Positions 12,701 to 24,540 of a stretch of DNA of 64,000 nucleotides are shown here, one piece after another. The stretch spans positions 56,089 through 120,088 of the forward strand of contig NMRA01000550.1 of the NCBI GenBank assembly GCA_002633005.1, given 5' to 3'. The DNA comes from Phoronis australis. Lineage: Eukaryota; Animalia; Phoronida. Made by a program: the position numbers and the translations under genes. Within the stretch, counting starts at the first letter, position 1. Each line of letters starts with the position of its first letter. The notes under the pieces were generated by a model. The model did no database searches. It saw nothing but the letters and a program-made list of their open reading frames with translations, and was not told the DNA's origin.

Positions 12701-15700
12701 AGCATTTTTTTGAAATTCAAGATGGCGCTATACTGCCATCTTAAATTATAAAAAATGTTCGAGTTTGCACAAAGTGCAGTCAAGTTAACTTTGTTCTCCT
12801 AACCACAAAATGTTCCCTGGCCACAGTGCTACATAAGAGCAGAGGTCAAATTTCTAGACTTCATCTAACCAACATAATTTCAAGAAACTACTGAATGACC
12901 ATTTGCGGCAATCACTTCCAATTTAAAAGCCGCCAAACCTGACCAACTCCTTTTCTTCATTTGTTGAGAAAGCTATAAAGGTCCGAACCGTGAACTTAGA
13001 CCAGGGTAGAGTTCAGTACCTGTCTCGCACGGCAATATGTCGAATAATCTCACGAAGTCTTGCTTTTCTGGCGAGGTCCTAGCGTTATTGAACTCTACTT
13101 CGTCTGATCACTAACCGGAAGCGGAAGTGCGCATTGGAAGAGAGTGGCATTTCCTGTGGAATTTCATGTGAAAATATCAGAGTTACTAATCTACTCTCTG
13201 TTATCAATGTGGACAGACTCGCAGTTTATATATGGCCGTGGTAAAACGCGCGCACGTGTTGGTGAAACCCAAGTAAATGGAAAAGACAAATGTAGACTTC
13301 AGTATTAGTTGCACTGACAATTTCGCCTATGCATATCTTCACTTGTTTCTTTGTTCTCCAAATGGATAAAGAGCTCTCGTTTCAGGGGACCGTTAATCTT
13401 AATGTTAAAAAATCTAGCCGGCTGATTGAAATTAACGTTCAGGCATAGCATAGAGATTATCCCGATTTGAGACGACGGGAAACTCCTAGTGTGCCTAATT
13501 CATTCTTTACTTTATTGGTTGATTATTCTTGTTCAAGCTGTTCTTCAAGGTTTAATATTCCAAGACTCGGCGGGCGGTCTAATGTTTCGACTCGAAATGT
13601 AACTCGAAATTACTTTTGCCATTTACTAAGGTTATTTTAGGCGAACTCAAGATAAATGTCTATCATTTCATTTACGCTCGAGTGCATAATGAATTAGTAC
13701 GTGGAAAACTGTCAAATCTCAGTTTGTCAGTCTTGGCGACCTCAGAACTAATGCTAACGCTTCGCGTGTGAACTCGGAAATTCAAGTTTTTCATCAAAAT
13801 CTCGAGTTCGTACTCAAATTTGTAACTCAAATCTAGAGCGTCAGGTGCGAACTTGGACTAGAAACGCGTATGCATAAAACACAACGCACTCGAGCACAGA
13901 ACATGACACGCATATCTTGAGTTCTCGCAAAAGTAGAACGGGTTATGAGGAAACTATTTCGAGTTCTAGTTCGAGAACACAAATTAGACCCCAGGTGTGT
14001 CAAAGCGTACTCATTAGATAATTAAGCATTATGTTAACATCCTGCACTCACATCAGTTACTGTCATTTTAAGGTCTCTCGGGTGACTTAATGTTGAAAAC
14101 AGAGCTAGCAAACGTGTTTATAAAATCGTTCGTAATAATGTTTCCAAGTGGCAGTTACGTCACTGATCTCTTCTCGGTATTCCAGGCACGTCTCTCACAC
14201 CGTACAAGAAGTGATCATGTTTTTATAACCTTAAGGGTCACACCAATGCGCACAAAACTTTCTGAAATCGCTAAATGTTTCGTGGAATTCTCGTCCTGGC
14301 CACCATGGATACATCACAGATATCGATATATTTCAGTGTTAACTCATGTTTTTTCTTTTGATATTATTGAGAGCAGTGACAACTCAAATTTGACTTACTT
14401 ATCAATTTATTGGTAAATTTATTTATTCAATAATCACCATTCCTGTCCTTTTGACACTTCACATGCTCTTTTTGTTCAGCTCATTTTTACTTCAAAGTAA
14501 TTGTATAACTGATATTATTCCCGTCTTATTTACTGTTCTATTGCTATGCTAATTTGCTATGTTATTTGTTTTGTGTTGTATTATTAATATTTTTGCGTTA
14601 TAAAATTTCTGTTGTGTGGACCACCATACAAACAAGTTTCAACTTTTTGATGTTATCCAGGTAGCACGCATATTTTTATTGATTATGAATATACATTATT
14701 TTCAATGTTCATTCTTTAATTGTATATTATGAGACACTGTTTGTACATTTACCCAAAAGTAAACAAACTCAATGCTGTCAAAGCAATTAGCAGGTGTAGT
14801 ACTAGACAGGGCCACTGTCTCTTCTTAAGCATAAGTCCGAAATCAGGTACTACGTTAGACAGTGCCATCGTGTCTACTTAGCAGTAGAGACGGTGATGCT
14901 CTCATAATGTTTTCATACGCAGGAAGCGTTTTGGCAAATTATGCTTCACAGTGATTAACCATCTAAGTCACGTCGTTATAAGTACCATTTGCGCAAAAGA
15001 TACAGTTCTTATAGCAACGTAACTTTAATGGTTTTATCTGTGTGAGGCATATTTCGTCGAAAATCCTCCTGTGTATGAAGGCTTTATGGGAGCATTACTG
15101 TCTCTACTGCCAAGTAGACACGGTGGCACTGTCTTGCTTAGTACTTGATTTCGCACTTTATACTAATTAAGAACGTAGCAAAATAAAAGTACTTTAGTTG
15201 CAATACAACGGCATTAATAATATAGCCTAATTCATATTGAAAAATCGGAAAACATTGGAGTTTTCAAGTGATCTTTTCGTTTTTGCGTTATGCAGCTTTT
15301 GAGATTGTTCATCTTGTAAAACTACAGGACATTTTCAATCATAATTTGTGCAAAGGTGAAACACAGTTGCCTGAACAGTGAGTAAATCAGATCTGACATT
15401 GATTTGAGTTCGAATCGTCTGTCTTAGGTATGGTGTTCAAGGTAAGCAAAATTTGGACTTTTTGTCTTTTTTCTATGGTTGACAATTAACTTTGGAAGAC
15501 GGCAGTAATACCACGAAGCAATTGCCGTTTTTTGTTTTTTTTTGTAGAACCAATATGGACGAGAAAGCGGAAGAATACATGTCACTGTCTCGTGAAGAAG
15601 CGGCCACTTCGGAAGTTCCTCTAGTGTTCTTAGGTTTTCCTTCCGCGAAGGACCCAACATGGCGAATTAAAAACCCGAGTAAGTAAACAATCTTTCGTCA

Positions 15701-18700
15701 ACAGCGCCATCTATAGCAATATTTCCACCAAGCAATTCCTGCGTTTTAATTACGGCGTAGCTTGGCAGTAGCTGTCGCTTCTACACTCAGTTGTTTAGAT
15801 TCGCAATATAGCGGTGTCTGTTTACTGTATTAATGGGCACCCTTTCGATCCTCTGTCGTTGCTCTATGGCGGATCGAAAACTATACCGAGAGATTGAGAG
15901 TGTCCATTAAAATTGTTAACAGACAAAACTGTCGCGAGTTTAGTTAAATATGTTTACTGACAGCGGTATACTTTTGCACAAATGTCATCTGACGGCACTT
16001 TTTCTACATGGTTTTTCATAGTTTTGAAAACAATCCTTTTCCAATGTGTGAATGCTTCCAGACCATTGCACACTTTCTCATGGACAATCGCGCGGCCCGA
16101 GATAACTAAGTAGCGTTTTTAAAACGTCAAAAAGGCCATTGAACGAGTAATAGTCACGAGAGTGTCACGTGGTTATAGCAAATTGGTATTGATCGTAAGG
16201 TTTAGATGGGTCACAGACTTGGAATTTTATGGCATGGTTTTCAACATTTACAGGCAAAAGTACGGCTACGGCTATTACACTAGTTAACTATGACTGGTTC
16301 AGTGATTGGGAGGACACACGCCTCGGGAAAAGAGGTGAGAATTATGAAGAGTTCAAGGCTAGTCTCGGTGAAATGGTGTGGACGAAATGCTTAGAGTACT
16401 TCCCACAGCTCGAAGGCAAGGTGAGTGTCGGCTGAGATGAATCTTGCAGTTCATCGTTTAGTGTAAACGGTTGAAATAGGATGTATTTGTGTGTATGGAG
16501 TGTAGCAAGCCACGCCCACTCCTTATTAGGAGCTATTGAAAAGTACATTGTTCTTAAACCTCATCAATCACTGATAGGCCCCACCTCTCCCACAGAAATA
16601 ACCAAAAAGTCAACATGTCGCTTTTATAGGTTGCACATTTTTCCTCGAAGAAAAATGTGGTGTTGTCACCTCTCCCCTAGTCACATTACGATATCTTAGA
16701 TCCGTCAATGTCAATGTCGATTCATCAATTCAGCATATCTCCACAGAAGGCAGCTGAAACAAAAGATCCAAGACTGTTGGTTATCGGCACGGATATTGGA
16801 GAACGTTTAATTCGACTGTCTTCCAAGGAGGGAACCTCTCGTGATCTAAAACGATTCTTGATAAAAACAGTGTTGCTCTAACGTCCTTGCGTCTATAATA
16901 TTGGGCATTTTAACACAAGATTTGTCTCAGTCTCTGAAGAGTTTACATTGTTGTAAAGACACGGTCTGCAATGACGATCAGCAAAATTGTCCAATAATAC
17001 ATGCGCGCACCCAGGGGAGGCTCGGGAGGCTCGAATGAGCCCCCCCCCCATTTGGCGAAGTGGGTAAAAAGGTCCGCCTCAGTGAAACAAAAAGTCTGAG
17101 AAAATGAGACAAAAGTCCTCTGAAAAGGCGCACAGTTCACAGTTCTGAAGGTTGTACTCGGTTTTTATTTTAGTCCACCCGCCTTTTTGTTAGCAAAAGG
17201 TCCGCTTTGTCAGAAATTCGAGCCCCCCATGTTAAAGGCTGGGTGCGCGCATGTAATACAAACGCAGTCGTTCAACCAAATGTGTTTATAACAAGAACTG
17301 CGTCTCGTGTACATGTCATTTTATAGCAACAATTGTTGCTTGTGTAAATGAATAGGTATCCCGTGACAAGGGATGCAGCGGTAAATTTTGGACAAGTATC
17401 TGCTAGTTCCTTGACCCGACATACACTTTTGAATTATGGGTACACTACTGAGTGAGACTGAATAGATAGATATATTTAGGCTGTTTATTTGTATTTGGAG
17501 CTCATGCGCGCACCCAACCTAAAAAATGGGGGGCTCGAATTTTTGTGAATGTGGACATTTAATACTAAGATTTAAGGGGTACTCTCAGAGCTATGAATTG
17601 TGCATTCGCCGAATTTTTGTTGTTCCTGCCTTTTTAGAGGACTTTTGTCTCGTTTTCTACATGTTTCGTTGTTTTTGTTTCTCTGAGGCGTATCTTTTTG
17701 TCCATTTCGCGAAGTGGGGGGCTCGTTCGAGCCCCCCGAGTCCCCCCCTTCCCATTTGGCAAAGTAGGCCAAAAAGTCCTCCTCAGAAAAACAAAAACTC
17801 CGAAAAAAGTAGGAAACGAGACAAAAGTCCACTAAAAAGACAGGAATTACCAAAGTTAGGCAAATGCACAATTCATAGCTCTGAACGTACCCCGTGAAAC
17901 TTAGTAAAAGATAAACATTCTCAAAAATTTGAGGCCCCCACTTTTTAGGCTGGGTGTGCGCATGACCCTACCGGCATTTCTTAGGACGTGTGCGCGCGTT
18001 TGTCTCTATAGACCCAATTCACTCCGACAGGAGGCACGTTCCAAAACGAGGCTCGCTACGATAGCTCCGTTGGCTTATTGGCATATACTGGTTGTATTCC
18101 GCGTTGCTCGAAACGGCTAGAAAAACTACGGACACTCAACTGTCTGTTTTACAATCCCTAAAGACGTTGAGATTCGGAAGCGTACGTTCGGTCCTTGCCA
18201 TACGCCGCGACGAAGGAAAATATGGCAGTGTAAAATTTATAAATGTTTTCGAAAAGTTAGATCATAATTTGTCGCATCTCGGTTGCCGAGCATCATAGCA
18301 ACGACCGGAGAATCTTCGGCCAGCCATGCTGTGTTCATGACTAGGGGTTGAAACATGATGCATTTTTCTTCCCAATAAAGGACAGGGCCCTCAATTCCTC
18401 GATTTTGGGACCGGATATTGGCCCTATTCCTCTTTCAAAAATATTGAAAAATCCCCCGAAATTCCCTACACGAGGCCTAAAAACTCCGCTAGTGATTGAA
18501 AACTTCGCTCCGAAGTTCAAATCACCTGTAACCACACAGGTGACAATTTGAAAAAGCACAAAATGTTACTTGAGACAGAGCCTGTGAGACCATGCAACAG
18601 GACGGGGATGCTGATCGGGAGGTAGATTTTGCCCCCCACTCGGCGAAAAAAGGTTCAGGCACCTTTCCCCTTGGATGAACGAGGCCCCTGAAGAAACATG

Positions 18701-20708
18701 ATAACTTTACTAACTGAAATTGAGCTCTAAAACGAGGTTATGCTTTGGACGAACGAATTAGGTGTTTTGATTTTAAAATTCACTGGCCCAGATTGATAGT
18801 TGAAACCTAACATGTGAAATAGACGTCAGAATTATTAAAACCAGGAAAGCAGAATTGATGGTCTAATAATTACTTGTAAATGTGTGCAAGGGAGTGAATG
18901 AGAACCTGCATATAATGCGAAAGCGATATCTCGGGCTGTGCTAGTTTTTAATTTTTTCAATTTAAAAAATCATCAAATCTTTATTTACGACCCTGGTTTT
19001 TTATTTTAATAAGAATATGTTTAATAACACCAGATATTCTTTCAGATGAATGACAAATCAACTGTTAGTCCTGGTAGTCTCTACCTCACCAGGACCTAGG
19101 CTATGCTTGATGTTAATATTCTTGATCAACAAATTAAACCAGATGTGACTAATTGCACATGACAGCAAAATGCTGAAAGCCACCACTGTCGAATATATCT
19201 TCAACTCGTCAACAATACAAGCAGATGACGTGTAGAAAGCATTTATCAACAATTTACTAGAAGAAACGTAACCTGCATTTAGCATAATACCTAATCTGTA
19301 ACACTACAATCGCCGTAGTTTGGTCATATCTACTTTTCATGTTTCGAACCCAGTTTTCCGAAAAAAATTATACCCTTTCGTCAGACAACTTTTTTATGCA
19401 TTGACTTGTTCACTAATGTATTTTTTTCTACGTCTCTGAGGTTAATTATCGACACCTTTTTAAGATTTAATATCCAGTTAGGACTCGAAAGACCGGCCAT
19501 TTAACTCACGCAATGTCAACGTCAGCTTTGTTTATCGCAGTGAGCCTCGCTTTGGATTTTAATGTCCGCCGCGTGAATAAGGTCTATGGAGGGTGTTCCT
19601 CTGCTCAGGAGAACTGAGCTCTTGGATCTTCAAAATTGTGAGTGATTTAACATTTTAGGCAGCATGGAATATAACATTTCATCCTTACTTTTCGACAGGT
19701 GGAATATTTAGAAGTCGGTAGCCCTCTAACAAATAATTACTATATAGGATCACAACAGGGTGAACTCTACGGCTTGCACCACGGCTTGTCACGTGTTCAG
19801 CCAGATGGCGTTATCGATCTCAGACCGGAAACGGACATCCCTGGTCTTTTCATAACTGGTAACAAATGCTTGTACACTTGATCCTCTTTACTTTTAGCAT
19901 TTGATTTTAAAACTGTTCTCCTGTATGAGAATTAATTTAAACTGTGTGAACTTCTTAACAATTACAGTTATCAAAACTGTGTAAAAAGACGACTCTCTGA
20001 ATTGTGACTTTCTTTAAACACAAAAATTCTCTGAAATTGATGAGAACAGACAAATTGTGCAGAGCATAGTGTTTATATTGAAAAAATCCTATGATATTAT
20101 TTGTGCAAAAATGTTTTAAAACACATCAGATTATACTGTTTTGTGGTGCGTTTAAAATATAAAAAATAGAAATCGCTAAGTACTTAATACCGGATGTGTA
20201 CGTATTTCTAAGAAAACATTATTGCGTGTATACAGTATCAAAAGCTACTATTTCCGTTGAGTGTCATAACTCTATTGACTTTTGAAAAAATGGGACAAGT
20301 GATTGGCGCAGAGGATCATTTAGTCGATATCTGTCAGTAGTAATCGCTGTTTTTAGTCTAGACTTCGTGTTTACCGTTGTAGGGAATGTGAACTGGCACT
20401 CCTTCTATTGTTTTAGTCAAATTTACGACATCGTCTTATTATAAGTGTTCTAATATAATAGGACTAAGTTTGTTGCCAAACGATCTGTCTTATTATAATA
20501 AAATTTGTATTCAATCTTTTGCATAGGCCAAGATATCTTTACTTGCGGCTTTGCCGGTGGTCTCTTCTCTGGATTAATGTCGTCGTCTGCTATTCTTGGA
20601 CGCAATATCTTGGTCGACATATTGGTTTACAAGTTCACGCGTTATCTGAAAGAACAGTATTACAGGCGGATTGCTAAGACACGACAGGAGGGCGGGGGAA
20701 TGTTGTAG
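658..20708 (+). CDS. RETSAT: Retinol saturase (all-trans-retinol 13,14-reductase)-like gene, 5'-partial, 9 coding exons: join(658..777,2230..2431,8057..8257,11247..11369,12187..12313,15548..15678,16254..16420,19699..19858,20527..20708)
   Basis: Every exon is bounded by AG/GT, and the intron phases (0,1,1,1,2,1,0,1) join into one open frame. The peptide has RETSAT-family motifs: [87 protein letters not shown]. Confidence 0.95.
1492..1729. mobile_element. Harbinger-like MITE
   Basis: ~26-bp imperfect TIRs ggggcccgttccaacaaaactgactta / taagtcagtttcttggaacgggtccc. Confidence 0.7.
1731..1870. repeat. Interspersed repeat (MITE-like); second copy at 9602-9740
   Basis: Both copies share gggcccagttgca...tatagcaacaa...attatcacgcgccacgttgttattgttgaacaatgc. 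Confidence 0.7.
2230..2431 (+). CDS. RETSAT: RETSAT exon
   Basis: ttgacag|GAC...GCAG|gtaaac; DLETCDWPFAILKFLPARL...LKTVLGYAFGDA. Confidence 0.9.
4477..4551 (+). mobile_element. tRNA-derived SINE head or tRNA pseudogene
   Basis: Cloverleaf GTCCCAA-TG-GCTC..GAGT-G-TCTGC[ACGGTTA]GCAGA-TGGTG-CCGGG[TTCGATT]CCCGG-TTGGTAC. A and B boxes are present, but the D loop and anticodon loop are non-canonical. Confidence 0.65.
5744..6040 (+). pseudogene. KolX-like protein, N-terminal part (P2X7 ballast/nanor-like Cys motif), truncated by the deletion
   Basis: Acidic N-terminus, GYMFEPEY, then RRGDTSWCKCTVCVVIPTSMECLCCSE (WCxCxxC-x7-C-x-CC). The frame then runs into antisense transposase sequence and stops at 6139. 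Confidence 0.75.
6040..6826 (-). pseudogene. Kolobok transposase 5' part: intact THAP domain plus linker and Zn-ribbon-like block; no DDE core
   Basis: THAP C2CH and AVPTIF-type box: MPHCCCVPGC...HRFP...W...RVCGKHF...RLKKDAIPSV. After a frameshift near 6325: DKFIVELSKVLEVFRRCQVCG...VTIQ*ECVAGHSGKWDS. Confidence 0.85.
8057..8257 (+). CDS. RETSAT: RETSAT exon
   Basis: tttcag|GC...GTGG|gtaagt; [40 protein letters not shown]... Confidence 0.95.
11247..11369 (+). CDS. RETSAT: RETSAT exon (not in ORF track)
   Basis: ttttag|GA...TCAG|gtaaga; [41 protein letters not shown]. Confidence 0.92.
11997..12054. mobile_element. 58-bp palindromic MULE-type mini-element
   Basis: 29-bp arms with 2 mismatches and no spacer; 9-bp TSD TGTTAGAGC at 11988-11996 and 12055-12063. 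Confidence 0.85.
12187..12313 (+). CDS. RETSAT: RETSAT exon (not in ORF track)
   Basis: tttcag|AG...CTC|gtgagt; EYFSRISDLNLRPGVAGISVFVGLNAPNEELNLPKSNCWIFS. Confidence 0.92.
13006..13098. mobile_element. Small MITE; longer related copy at ~26752-26897
   Basis: TIR gtagagttcagta / tattgaactctac; shared internal gaagtcttgctttt...aggtcctagcgtta. Confidence 0.6.
13570..13993. mobile_element. Harbinger-like MITE, degenerate; same family as 25567-25954
   Basis: Imperfect long inverted repeat; shared ctcgaaat..aa..cgaaatta and gcgaactcaagataa blocks. Confidence 0.55.
14803..15175. mobile_element. Degenerate foldback element of the MULE family seen at 60794
   Basis: Inverted arms (agacagtgccatcgtgtctac / gtagacacggtggcactgtct); internal ggaagcgttttggcaaattatgcttcac resembles the 60794 TIR. 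Confidence 0.6.
15548..15678 (+). CDS. RETSAT: RETSAT exon
   Basis: ttgtag|A...CCGA|gtaagt; [38 protein letters not shown]. Confidence 0.95.
16254..16420 (+). CDS. RETSAT: RETSAT exon
   Basis: ttacag|GC...AAG|gtgagt; [34 protein letters not shown]...FPQLEGK. Confidence 0.95.
17000..17253 (-). mobile_element. hAT-like MITE, family CATGCGCGCACCCAG
   Basis: 15-bp TIR CATGCGCGCACCCAG; 5-bp TSD TAATA/TAATA. Confidence 0.8.
17503..17964. mobile_element. Head-to-head double copy of the CATGCGCGCACCCAG MITE
   Basis: Two copies of the same half in inverted orientation, forming ~210-bp imperfect arms. Confidence 0.75.
19699..19858 (+). CDS. RETSAT: RETSAT exon
   Basis: cgacag|GTG...ACTG|gtaaca; [28 protein letters not shown]...IPGLFIT. 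Confidence 0.95.
20527..20708 (+). CDS. RETSAT: RETSAT last coding exon
   Basis: gcatag|GC CAA GAT...TTG [30 protein letters not shown]... Confidence 0.93.
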
Positions 20709-20825
20709 TAGGACTGCACACGTCACCAAACGCTGATGACTATGAAGCCGAAAAGAAGGAAATTTAAAGTGTCATAAAATGAAACGAAAACAAAACGCAC
20801 TTAAGTAAGATAGCGAACGAGGAAA

Positions 20826-20831
20826 AATAAA
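20826..20831 (+). terminator. Candidate polyadenylation signal of RETSAT
   Basis: AATAAA about 120 nt after the stop codon. Confidence 0.45.
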
Positions 20832-21789
20832 GTAATTGTAAACAAACAATTGTTTCTATCATGGTTATTATCGCAAGTGGGTCGTTTGTGATTCCTCCAA
20901 ATTAAACTTCGTGCAATGTGAGGGTGTGAATGCGCGTGCCCGGAATGTGTTCCCGTCGTTCAACTTACCCGACAATTTCGTATGGGACTTACAGGTGTAG
21001 CGATGAAAGGACTTCATCGTGATGCGCTCAAGCCAACTGTGTTTCTTCTCGGTTTCTAAACTACTCAAAAAAGAAGCTAATATACTGAAATTCCTGACAA
21101 TTTTAAACATGTTTTATGAATTTTCGTCTTACGGTGAAATAACGCGGTTTTACGAAAATTCGTTTGCCAGAAAACGAAAATAACAAAATGCCTGAATAAT
21201 ACAGTGCGGGTTCCCATTGTCAGAAACGTGGCTTAAATTTTAGGTATTAAAAGAAATGTGTAGGTCGTCTTTCAGTGGATCATATCGATCTAAAATTAGT
21301 TGAAAATGGGTCAGAAATGCTTAGAAAGTTTTTGTACCGGTGTAATCCATTGAAAATGGACTTAATAGCTCCTCCTAATGGGTCAAGTCCTGTTTTGCTC
21401 AACTTCTATTCTGATGCAGGTTACACAAAGACAGAAAATGACATCACGATAACAAGATTTCTACATCTAAACATGTCAATCAGGATGTTAGCAAGTACGA
21501 AAAACCAACGAGTCATCAATTGACGATAGAAACTTCGAGACAACAAAGTTTGCGAGATCTTATTCCATAATTTCCAGTTTAGGTCGCAGTTGGGAATGAA
21601 GTGTACCTTTAAAAATCAAAACTAAAGTCATCTTTCTGTAATACTTCATTCCTTTTGTACTTTCGTTTCCTGGTTCAGCGCTTTTTCTTAAAATCGGGTT
21701 CTCTCACCGTAGGACAAAATCCCTACGATATACATATATCAAATAGTCCCATCCCGGATTACACGGCGATAAAACTCACCTTTGGTCCC

Positions 21790-21968
21790 GGAGATAAGAA
21801 AGGGCGTGACCTCGTTTGGGAAATCAGGCACATTTTCGTGTCTTGCATTGATGTCCGGAAGGCAAAGAATTTCAGATCACGCATCCACGGGTATGTGTCT
21901 AGTTTGTCGAACTTTCTCGCGTTGGAGCTGCAGCCCACAGCACAGCAGTTGGCACTGGTGGGATGGCA
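21790..21968 (-). pseudogene. THAP-domain N-terminal fragment (transposon relic)
   Basis: PTSANCCAVGCSSNARKFDKLDTYPWMRDLKFFAF; flanked by the inverted repeat atcccggattacac(g/a)gcga (~21750 / ~22095). Confidence 0.6.
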
Positions 21969-24540
21969 GAGTATGGCAACTGAGAAAAAAACTTGAAAAG
22001 AATCAGACAACAACAATTAACATGTGAAACTCCAGTGGCATAAAAACAAGTGGGCAAATGTGCCTGACAGATGTTTGCGACATGTTAAGTAAATACGGGG
22101 ATATGCAAGTGTCGCTGTGTAATCCGGGATCGACTGCCATATTGTAAGGAAGTTCGTGTTGTACTTAAACATGTATGTAATATGAGCAATTTTTTAATTT
22201 CTGTGAAGTTAGGAGCGAAAAACAGATGGAACGCTCATTTTTGTGTGTGGTTTACTTCAAAGAAAATTCACCTGTCGCTTATTAAGAAAAAAGAAAGTAC
22301 GGGCGTATAGCGCCCAAGCTAGGTTGGTGGTGTTGTTAAAGTCACAGTACAGCCACTCCTTGTTCATGAGTAATTGACTGTGCAAAGTAATCGCATTTTC
22401 AGTTCAAGCGCAGTGGACAGTGTTGTGATCTGGGAAAGTTCCGTCAAGGTAACGCCGTGTCAGAATGAAGGGAAGTCAACATGGCTACGTTATGGTAGTC
22501 CGCCATGACACCTGCACCGAACACCCGGATGACAAGGTGTAGCTGACTCACTTTGCTCGGATAATCAATAGTTTAAAGCTACCACAGGTTATCACAGAAA
22601 TTATCAAGTCGAAGTTGTTCTGAAAACGTCAGAGCTCGTCTTAAAATCTTGATGTTCTACGTCGGGAGGAAACACTGGAACAACACATGTCAAAACACGG
22701 ATTCAAACTGACAGCGCCCTCTACGATTCTTACTCAAATTGTAACAAATGTTTTCGGCACTAGCTTTTCTTGTCTTGGGTCTGGGGAACGCAACCAGGAT
22801 TCCACGTTTTTCTTTGTGACTGAGTTTTCGCGAGATTTCTTTGCACTTGATATAGCACCCCGATCGTATAGGGAAACGTATCTCATGAAACTACCAGGCA
22901 CATGCGATAAATAATTTTGGACATTTTAGTATTGACAGTCTGGCCTCATGAAACATCACGGGGTGTATTCGTGATGTCATCCTTCAGGCTGTCACGTTTT
23001 AAATTTAGCTATACATTATGTGTTGATATGGTGTTTAGGTGGACTATGTGATTTGTTGATAATCTTTTGATCTTTTACTATAAGACCTCAAACATTGTAC
23101 GGCAAACTGGCGCCATCTTACGTGCTTCCATTTTATTGTGATTTTATTGTATATAAAAGGACATTATGTGCGTAGAAACTCATTTTAATTGACTGAATTT
23201 TATAATGTATATGTGTTAGCGTACACTTAATTGCCGTTATAAAACATTATTGTTATGGTGAAGCGTACAGTCATTTGATTTGTTGTAATATTTCCACTGA
23301 AGACTGTACGCTTACATTTCGTCTGCGTGACATTGAAAAAGGCATTACTGATTATGTACAAATTGTCCAATAATGTCAGTTCAAAATGCGTGCCAGTGGG
23401 AACTTGAAATTCACTAAGCGCACTAGTGTAGCAGGGGTTTATGTCTGTAGAAATGCATGCATTCCGAGGTCCGTTCTGGAACGCAAGACACTAGCGATTG
23501 AAAAGTAGTGTGGTCATGTGCTTCGCTTACAATGCACGGCAATTTATCGCGCAGACTTGCGTGATTTGCCATTCTCTCAACAAACTTGTTCCACGGAACA
23601 CAGCCCAGGTACGGGGGTAAGCTACCGGAACGCCTCCGTGCTGATGAAGTGCATTCTATTCTAAATCTCTTCAGGTTTACAAAAAATGACCTTTCTTCAC
23701 TGGCGCCCCCTAGTGAGCGTCACGTCACCCATTAGGCAGCAACCATGTTGCATTTCACTGATGATTTTTCAAACTGCATAATGAGAATCCTCAAAGTGAG
23801 TATGTATTTGAATGGAACATTCATCCACTCACTGACAAGCCCGTAAGTTGTCATTCAGTTACATGCAAGTAGGGCACTGAGCACGACGGACTCTCTTTCC
23901 CTAACCCCCCCCCCCCNCCTTCTTGCTCTCGCTCTCTCTACTTCTCTATCCCCCTCTCCTTCAACACCGGCATTTCTTAATTCAAAAAACTGTTGTACTT
24001 ATATTGTTGACATTGAATTTATAAATCCAAATTTATTATCTGGCTTTACTAGACAAGTTACATTGATTTGTTTATTTGTAGGCACATTTTTATCAACTTT
24101 GTTTGCATGCGTTTTCTTATCTTATATCACGAATCATATACATGTGAAAAGTTGTGCAATGTAATAAAAACTTATTTAAAAAACTCACTGGTCAACATGA
24201 CAAAGAATGAATATCCTGGATCCATCGGTCACACCCTTCCTCGCCTGTGGCTGTGATTGGATGGGTACATTTGCTAATTGTTGTGAATATTTTGGCAAGA
24301 CCGTTTGAAATTAAAATGTATGCGCAGATCACGCGCTTCCGTGTCGGTGGTATTTCTACCGGGGATTTCTGATAAAGCGCCAGAAAGCACCCATGACTCG
24401 CTTTCTTAGAAATGAACGCCCATAGGCCGGCCCTTTTTCGGATCAAAAAGCGACTGGTGATGTTAAGAAAAGTGCGATATTGTATATTGTTATTAAGGTT
24501 TATAGGTAAGTATAAACAATAAAAGTTTTATAGTCGGAAA

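Noticed and set aside
17526-17897. ORFs 17526-17897 (+), 17572-17871 (-) and similar peptides at 25337 and 42895
   Set aside because: Chance translations of one MITE family.
19340-19390. Hammerhead-like CTGACGA...CGAAAC on the - strand
   Set aside because: The intervening sequence does not form a convincing stem II; at most a decayed relic.
20733-20754. Hammerhead-like CTGATGA...GAAA in the RETSAT 3' UTR
   Set aside because: Stem II cannot close (C opposite C) and stems I and III are not evident.
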